Below are positions 28,033 through 33,010 of a stretch of DNA of 33,010 bases, in pieces. How positions within the stretch are numbered: position 1 is the stretch's first letter; each line of letters starts with the position of its first letter. The position numbers were made by a program, and so were the translations under genes. The notes under the pieces are model-generated. The model was given only the letters and a program-made list of their open reading frames with translations, had not been told where the DNA came from and ran no database searches. Location: sequence record SRR20825006_662. One strand, 5' to 3'.

Positions 28033-29307
28033 ATGCACCGACCTTCAAGCACGCTTTGCCTTCTAGTCTTTTGTTTGTTCACCTCGCATCAAGCTCACGG
28101 CGAGTTTGAACTTCGAGATGCGGTGGAATGTCACCCTCGCGCCGGATTGCCTCACTTCACCGCCAAGGTTGAATCAGGCGAAACGGTTCGCGTTGCCTAT
28201 CTCGGCGGCAGCATCACTGCCGCACCGGGCTGGCGGATCCAGTCACGCCAGTGGTTACAACAGCAATATCCCGCGGCAACCATCGAAGAAATTCATGCGG
28301 CGATTGGTGGCACCGGGTCAGGCCTCGGTGTGTTTCGTCTTCAGCGTGATGCGTTGCAACACGATCCGGATTTGTTGTTTGTGGAATTCGCTGTCAACGA
28401 TGGCGGAACCGCCCCCGAACGCATCCATCAATCCATGGAAGGGATCGTGCGTCAAACCTGGGCCGCGAATCCGAACACTGACATTTGCTTTGTCTACACC
28501 CTGACGCAGCAGATGCTACCCGACTTGCAGTCCGGCAAGATGCCTCGCGCAGCCAGCGCGATGGAAGTGTTGGCCGATCACTATTCGATTCCCTCCATCC
28601 ACTTTGGCGTCGAAGTCGCACGCTTGGAATCCGCTGGCAAGCTGGTTTTCAAAGCTCCCATGCCTGCGGACATGACCACCGAGCCGATGGTTTTCTCAAC
28701 CGATGGAGTCCACCCCCACGTCGAAACCGGACACCGCGTCTACACCGAAACGATTGCACGATCATGGCCGAAGATCATCGATGCAAACCAAACCACACAG
28801 CCGCATTCGCTTGGAAAGCCACTCCGAGATGACAACTGGGAACAAGCCAAGATGGTCGCCATTGAGCCCGAGATGTTAAGCGGGGACTGGACCAAGCTCC
28901 CCTCGGATCATTCGTTGGCCAAGCGGTTTCAACGGAACATGTCCGAGCTCTATCAAGCCAACGGCCCTGGTGCCAGCTTGGAGTTCACGTTCGAAGGTAC
29001 CAACGCGGGAGTGTTCGACATCCTTGGCCCGGATGGTGGCGAAGTGCGTGTCCAAATCGACGGGAATGAATTCACTCGCAATCGAATTGATGGTTATTGC
29101 ACCTACCACCGAATGGCAACACTGAAAGTTGGCGCGGAATTGGAACCGGGACAACACACCGTCAAAATTGAATTGACGCCCACACAACTGGACAAGCGAG
29201 AGATTCTCTTTGAACGAAATCAAGCGGATTTCGATGCGAAGCCAGAAAAGTACAAAGACCAAACATGGTACGCCTCCTCGTTGATGCTGATTGGCGACTT
29301 GAAGTGA
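28033..29307 (+). CDS. Secreted SGNH/GDSL hydrolase family protein
   Basis: Signal peptide, YLGGSIT, AIGGTGS, VEFAVND and DGVHP motifs. Confidence 0.9.
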   Translation: MHRPSSTLCLLVFCLFTSHQAHGEFELRDAVECHPRAGLPHFTAKVESGETVRVAYLGGSITAAPGWRIQSRQWLQQQYPAATIEEIHAAIGGTGSGLGVFRLQRDALQHDPDLLFVEFAVNDGGTAPERIHQSMEGIVRQTWAANPNTDICFVYTLTQQMLPDLQSGKMPRAASAMEVLADHYSIPSIHFGVEVARLESAGKLVFKAPMPADMTTEPMVFSTDGVHPHVETGHRVYTETIARSWPKIIDANQTTQPHSLGKPLRDDNWEQAKMVAIEPEMLSGDWTKLPSDHSLAKRFQRNMSELYQANGPGASLEFTFEGTNAGVFDILGPDGGEVRVQIDGNEFTRNRIDGYCTYHRMATLKVGAELEPGQHTVKIELTPTQLDKREILFERNQADFDAKPEKYKDQTWYASSLMLIGDLK

Positions 29308-29873
29308 GCGGTGCCCCGCTAAGATCCGAGAAGGAAAAGATGCTTGCCGGTGAGCTTTATGATGCGAGTGATCCGGAACTGGCGGAAGCACGCTTGGTCG
29401 CTCGGGAACGTTGTCACGAACTCAATCACAGTTCACCTCGTGATGAAGAAAATCGACGACGTATTTTGAAAGGACTGTTCGCCAGCGGTGGCGACTCCGT
29501 TTGGTTGGAACCGCCGTTTCGCTGCGACTACGGAACCAACATCCATCTCGGCGAACACGTCTACTTCAACTTTGATTGCGTGGTCCTGGACGTTTGCGAT
29601 GTGCGAATTGGAGACTCCGTCTTCATTGCCCCCGGCGTCCACATCTACACAGCCACGCATCCCCTTGAATCCCACCTGCGTCGCACCCAGGAGTATGGAA
29701 AACCGGTCACCATCGGAAACGATGTTTGGATCGGCGGCAAAGCGATCATTTGCGCGGGCGTCACGATCGGTGACCGCAGCGTAATTGGTGCGGGCAGCGT
29801 GGTGACCAAGGACGTGCCTGCAGGATCTCTCGTCGTCGGAAATCCAGGCAAAGTGATACGACAAATCGACTGA
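29304..29873 (+). CDS. maa: Sugar (maltose) O-acetyltransferase, hexapeptide-repeat family
   Basis: SEKEKMLAGELYDASDPEL, EPPFRCDYGTNI, YTATHP, PVTIGNDVWIGG and GAGSVVTKDVP; GTGA overlap start is assumed. Confidence 0.88.
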   Translation: MSGAPLRSEKEKMLAGELYDASDPELAEARLVARERCHELNHSSPRDEENRRRILKGLFASGGDSVWLEPPFRCDYGTNIHLGEHVYFNFDCVVLDVCDVRIGDSVFIAPGVHIYTATHPLESHLRRTQEYGKPVTIGNDVWIGGKAIICAGVTIGDRSVIGAGSVVTKDVPAGSLVVGNPGKVIRQID

Positions 29874-30188
29874 CGGCGGGTTTGTTGTGACAGCGACCTA
29901 CGTTGGTCATTGCATTTGTTACAGACAAAAGCAGAGAAAATCATTTTCATTTTCGAAGCAACTCGATCCAGGGCCACACGTGACAAACACTCGTGAATGG
30001 TAGCTTTGCTGGCTCTGCCGGTGCGTGAGATGACCACCTGATCGAGGAGTGTTGTCGCCCCAAAAAAACACAAGAACTTCGACATCACACACGACTTCGT
30101 GGCGGATACAAATCCAGAATCCGCATCAGGTTGGATCACGGGACATGGAGCTGTGTCCCAATCGAACCTTTGTCGATGAGAAACCAAG

Positions 30189-30665
30189 ATGAAATTTGGA
30201 TGGAAGGACTCTGTAGTCGCGTTCGCCGCTGTATTGGTGGTTGCCATGAGCAGTGATGCCAGCGCACAAAGCGGTTCATGCGGAGCGGCTTGTGCAGCCG
30301 CTCAAGCGGTGTCGCCGCAAGTGACTTATTCCGCACCCCCGGTGCATTCCACGACCAGCATGTACACGTCGACTCAAGCGGCACCTATTGCAGTTGGATC
30401 AGGTTGTGCATCCGGCAACTGCGGCGGAACCGTCGCCTCGCCCCACCCCATTGCCCAGCCAACAATCCGCTACTCGACACCCGTCTCGACTCCGACCAGA
30501 TCGAGCTACACCAGCTACGCTCCGAGTTATCAGTCCACCCAAGGTGTGCCTGTCTCGTCCGTGCCCGCCAGTTCATGGCAAGGCGCCCGATACCAGACGT
30601 ACTCGGCACCGACTTGCTCCGGTGGCACCTGCTCGGCAAATCGAGTTTATCGCCAGCGCCGCTAA
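30189..30665 (+). CDS. Secreted low-complexity Ser/Thr/Pro-rich protein with three Cys pairs
   Basis: Signal peptide ending DASA-Q; CGAAC, CASGNC and CSGGTC motifs. Confidence 0.7.
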   Translation: MKFGWKDSVVAFAAVLVVAMSSDASAQSGSCGAACAAAQAVSPQVTYSAPPVHSTTSMYTSTQAAPIAVGSGCASGNCGGTVASPHPIAQPTIRYSTPVSTPTRSSYTSYAPSYQSTQGVPVSSVPASSWQGARYQTYSAPTCSGGTCSANRVYRQRR

Positions 30666-30795
30666 TCGCGATCTAGAAGAAACCGCCAAAGACACGTGCC
30701 TCGAAAAAGGACAACGTGTCTGCTGATCCGCTGGCAGACGACGACTGAGTGATTCCGTCGTATCATGGAGTCTTTTCGAAGCAGTCGGACTCAGT

Positions 30796-31758
30796 GTGAC
30801 CAACCGCCACGCGCAGCAAACGCCAAACAACGAGACCGCGACCAGCGACACTTCCGTTCGGATTGTCTCGGCCTATCTCGCGGTGCAAGCCTTTGGCACG
30901 CTGGCGTGGTGGGTGTTGCTGTTCGCTATTCCATCCAGCATCGATTGGTTTCAGCCGAAGGTTTGGCCCGACGGTGCACTGCTTTCGTTTTGGATGGCGG
31001 ACTTCGTGTTGATCATCGCTGGCTCACTCTTGGCCGCGATTTGTGTGTGGCGCCGAGCGTCTTCGGCCGCCACGTTGGTCTGGGTCGTTGCCGCGGTCAC
31101 TTGGTACCCGACCTTGGTGTGCATCGCGACCAGTCTTCAAACCGGAGAAGCTTGGATCGCATCGGCGATGATGGTTTGCATGGCTGGGTTGTCGCTGTCC
31201 ATGGCAACGATCCATGGAAACACGTCGCAATCTCCCGCCACGATTCGCGTTGCTTCGATGAGCCCCGCTGTTGCAACCGCGTTGACTCTGGGGCAAACCG
31301 TGATCTTCTGGGGGACGTTTCTGTGGGTGCTGCCGATGGGAATCGTTGAACTGCAACTTCGACTCGGATGGCAAGTGTTTCAACATCCGCTGCAGTCACC
31401 ATTGTCCGGTGGCCTGTTTCTCGTTGCATCGTCGCTCGGGCTATGGAGCGGCATCACGATGGCGATTCGCGGCGATGGCACGCCTCTGCCCACGGCCACC
31501 GCACCTCGTTTGGTGATCGCTGGTCCGTACCGCTACGTTCGAAACCCGATGGCACTCGCGGGCATCGCTCAGGGCCTCGCGGTGGGATGGTTTCTCGGCA
31601 GCATCCCCGTCATCGTTTACTCGCTGTGCGGAGCGGTGGTCTGGCACGTCTTCGTGCGTCCGGTCGAAGAATGCGATCTTCAGCTTCGGTTCGGGGAGGA
31701 CTATCATCGCTACCAGAAACACGTCCGACTCTGGATCCCTACGGCACCTTTCTCTTGA
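30796..31758 (+). CDS. Isoprenylcysteine carboxylmethyltransferase / PEMT family membrane protein with extra N-terminal TM segments
   Basis: GDGTPLP...RLVIAGPYRYVRNPM and EECDLQLRFGEDY..Y...VRLWIP motifs. Confidence 0.85.
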   Translation: MTNRHAQQTPNNETATSDTSVRIVSAYLAVQAFGTLAWWVLLFAIPSSIDWFQPKVWPDGALLSFWMADFVLIIAGSLLAAICVWRRASSAATLVWVVAAVTWYPTLVCIATSLQTGEAWIASAMMVCMAGLSLSMATIHGNTSQSPATIRVASMSPAVATALTLGQTVIFWGTFLWVLPMGIVELQLRLGWQVFQHPLQSPLSGGLFLVASSLGLWSGITMAIRGDGTPLPTATAPRLVIAGPYRYVRNPMALAGIAQGLAVGWFLGSIPVIVYSLCGAVVWHVFVRPVEECDLQLRFGEDYHRYQKHVRLWIPTAPFS

Positions 31759-32918
31759 TCCACCGAATCGCAATCGCCGGCTACCGTTCGATCCGCTCGC
31801 TGACCGTGAGACTGGGTGAGTTGACCGTGGTCACCGGTCCCAACGGCAGCGGCAAAACGAATTTGTATCGTTCGCTGCGTTTGATTGCTTCGGCTGCCAA
31901 TGGCGACCTGAACCAATCGTTGGCGGAAGAAGGCGGGTTCAAATCAGTGCTTTGGGCGGGTCCGGAATCGCTTTCCGCAGAAATGAAGCGGGGTGAGGTT
32001 CCCGTGCAAGGAACCTTGCGTCGAAAACCCATCGCATTGAAGCTCGCCTTCTCCGCCGACCCGATGAGCTACTGCATCGACCTGGGTCACCCGATCCCTA
32101 ATGACTCCATGTTCGATGGTGACCCGGAGATCAAACGCGAATGCATTTGGACGGGGCCGACGCCGGACGCCAGATCGCTGTGCGTCGATCGCAAGGGAGC
32201 GAACTTACGATGTCGATCGGGGAAAGGCAAATGGCAAGACATCGACTTGCACTTGTCTCGCGGGACAAGCCTGATGACCGAGTACGCCGATCCTTTTGCG
32301 GCTCCCGAGATCATCGTGATGAAGGAGCAATTGCGGGGATGGAGGTTCTACGACACGTTCCGATGTGACTCGCACGCGCCCGCTCGATTGCCATCGCCCC
32401 AGACATTCACGCCGGTGATGGCCAACGATGGATCCAACTTGGCCGCGGCTCTGCAAACGATCCGCGAGATCGGCGACAGTCACATCGTCGAACAAGCGAT
32501 TGAAGAAGCCTTTCCTGGTTCGCAACTCTACGTGCAATCCGGCGAGAACGGCATGCAAGTCGTACTGACTCAACCTGGCATGCTGCGTGGGCTCACGGCC
32601 AGAGAATTGTCCGATGGCACGCTTCGGTATTTGCTGTTGCTGGCGGCGTTGTTCTCACCTCGACCACCGGAGTTGTTGGTGTTGAACGAACCTGAAACCA
32701 GCTTGCATCCGGAGCTGATCGAACCGCTGGCAAACATGATCTGCCGAGCCGCCGAGCGAAGCCAAGTCATCGTCGTTAGCCACAATCAACAACTCGTTGC
32801 CCAACTGGAACGGGACGACATCTGCGTGCCCGTGCGTCTGAACAAAGAAACGGGTGAAACCATCGTCGAAGGAACCGACTTGCTGAGCCAGCACGGATGG
32901 AAGTGGCCGGCACGGTAG
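31755..32918 (+). CDS. ABC/SMC-type (AAA_21-like) ATPase
   Basis: IAGYRSI, Walker A GPNGSGKT, signature LSDGTLR, Walker B LLVLNEPETSLHP and H-loop VVSHN; TTGA overlap start at 31755. Confidence 0.88.
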   Translation: MIHRIAIAGYRSIRSLTVRLGELTVVTGPNGSGKTNLYRSLRLIASAANGDLNQSLAEEGGFKSVLWAGPESLSAEMKRGEVPVQGTLRRKPIALKLAFSADPMSYCIDLGHPIPNDSMFDGDPEIKRECIWTGPTPDARSLCVDRKGANLRCRSGKGKWQDIDLHLSRGTSLMTEYADPFAAPEIIVMKEQLRGWRFYDTFRCDSHAPARLPSPQTFTPVMANDGSNLAAALQTIREIGDSHIVEQAIEEAFPGSQLYVQSGENGMQVVLTQPGMLRGLTARELSDGTLRYLLLLAALFSPRPPELLVLNEPETSLHPELIEPLANMICRAAERSQVIVVSHNQQLVAQLERDDICVPVRLNKETGETIVEGTDLLSQHGWKWPAR

Positions 32919-32975
32919 GCGTTGCTCTCGTGTGTGGCTGGGGAAGAACGCTGCCTACGATTGGGTGAGTATCAA

Positions 32976-32995
32976 GTGGGATAGGCTTCCAGCCT
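32976..32995. repeat. REP-like half element related to 22-74
   Basis: GTGGGATAGGCTTCCAGCCT is 19/20 identical to the reverse complement of 55-74. Confidence 0.65.
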
Positions 32996-33010
32996 TTTTA
33001 TACCCCACAT

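Overview
A 33-kb bacterial window, most likely from a planctomycete (Rhodopirellula/Pirellulaceae-like). This assignment is inferred from the PSD1/planctomycete-cytochrome plus DUF1501 gene pair and the short palindromic repeats. The left third looks like an accessory island. It holds a LexA-HTH/pRiA4b-ORF3 fusion and a convergent unknown gene. Then, between two near-identical 40-bp direct repeats (2457-2496 and 10771-10810), come a candidate leader-peptide attenuator, a divergent EF-Tu paralogue with a rewritten switch-I loop, an apparently complete retron and a cupin. The retron consists of a helical-repeat protein, a SWIM Zn-finger protein, an msr-msd ncRNA (clear a1/a2 repeats and a perfect 27-bp msd stem) and an RT with a long N-terminal extension, resembling type XIII / Mx162-like retrons. 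The rest is mostly ordinary planctomycete content: DUF2262, TspO, DUF1501 + PSD1, Bcr/CflA MFS, a TsdA-like diheme cytochrome, a lipid-metabolism cluster with an embedded DksA/TraR gene, a P450, an SGNH hydrolase, a sugar O-acetyltransferase, a membrane methyltransferase and an ABC/SMC-type ATPase. All family calls and alignments were made by eye from motifs; no database searches were run.
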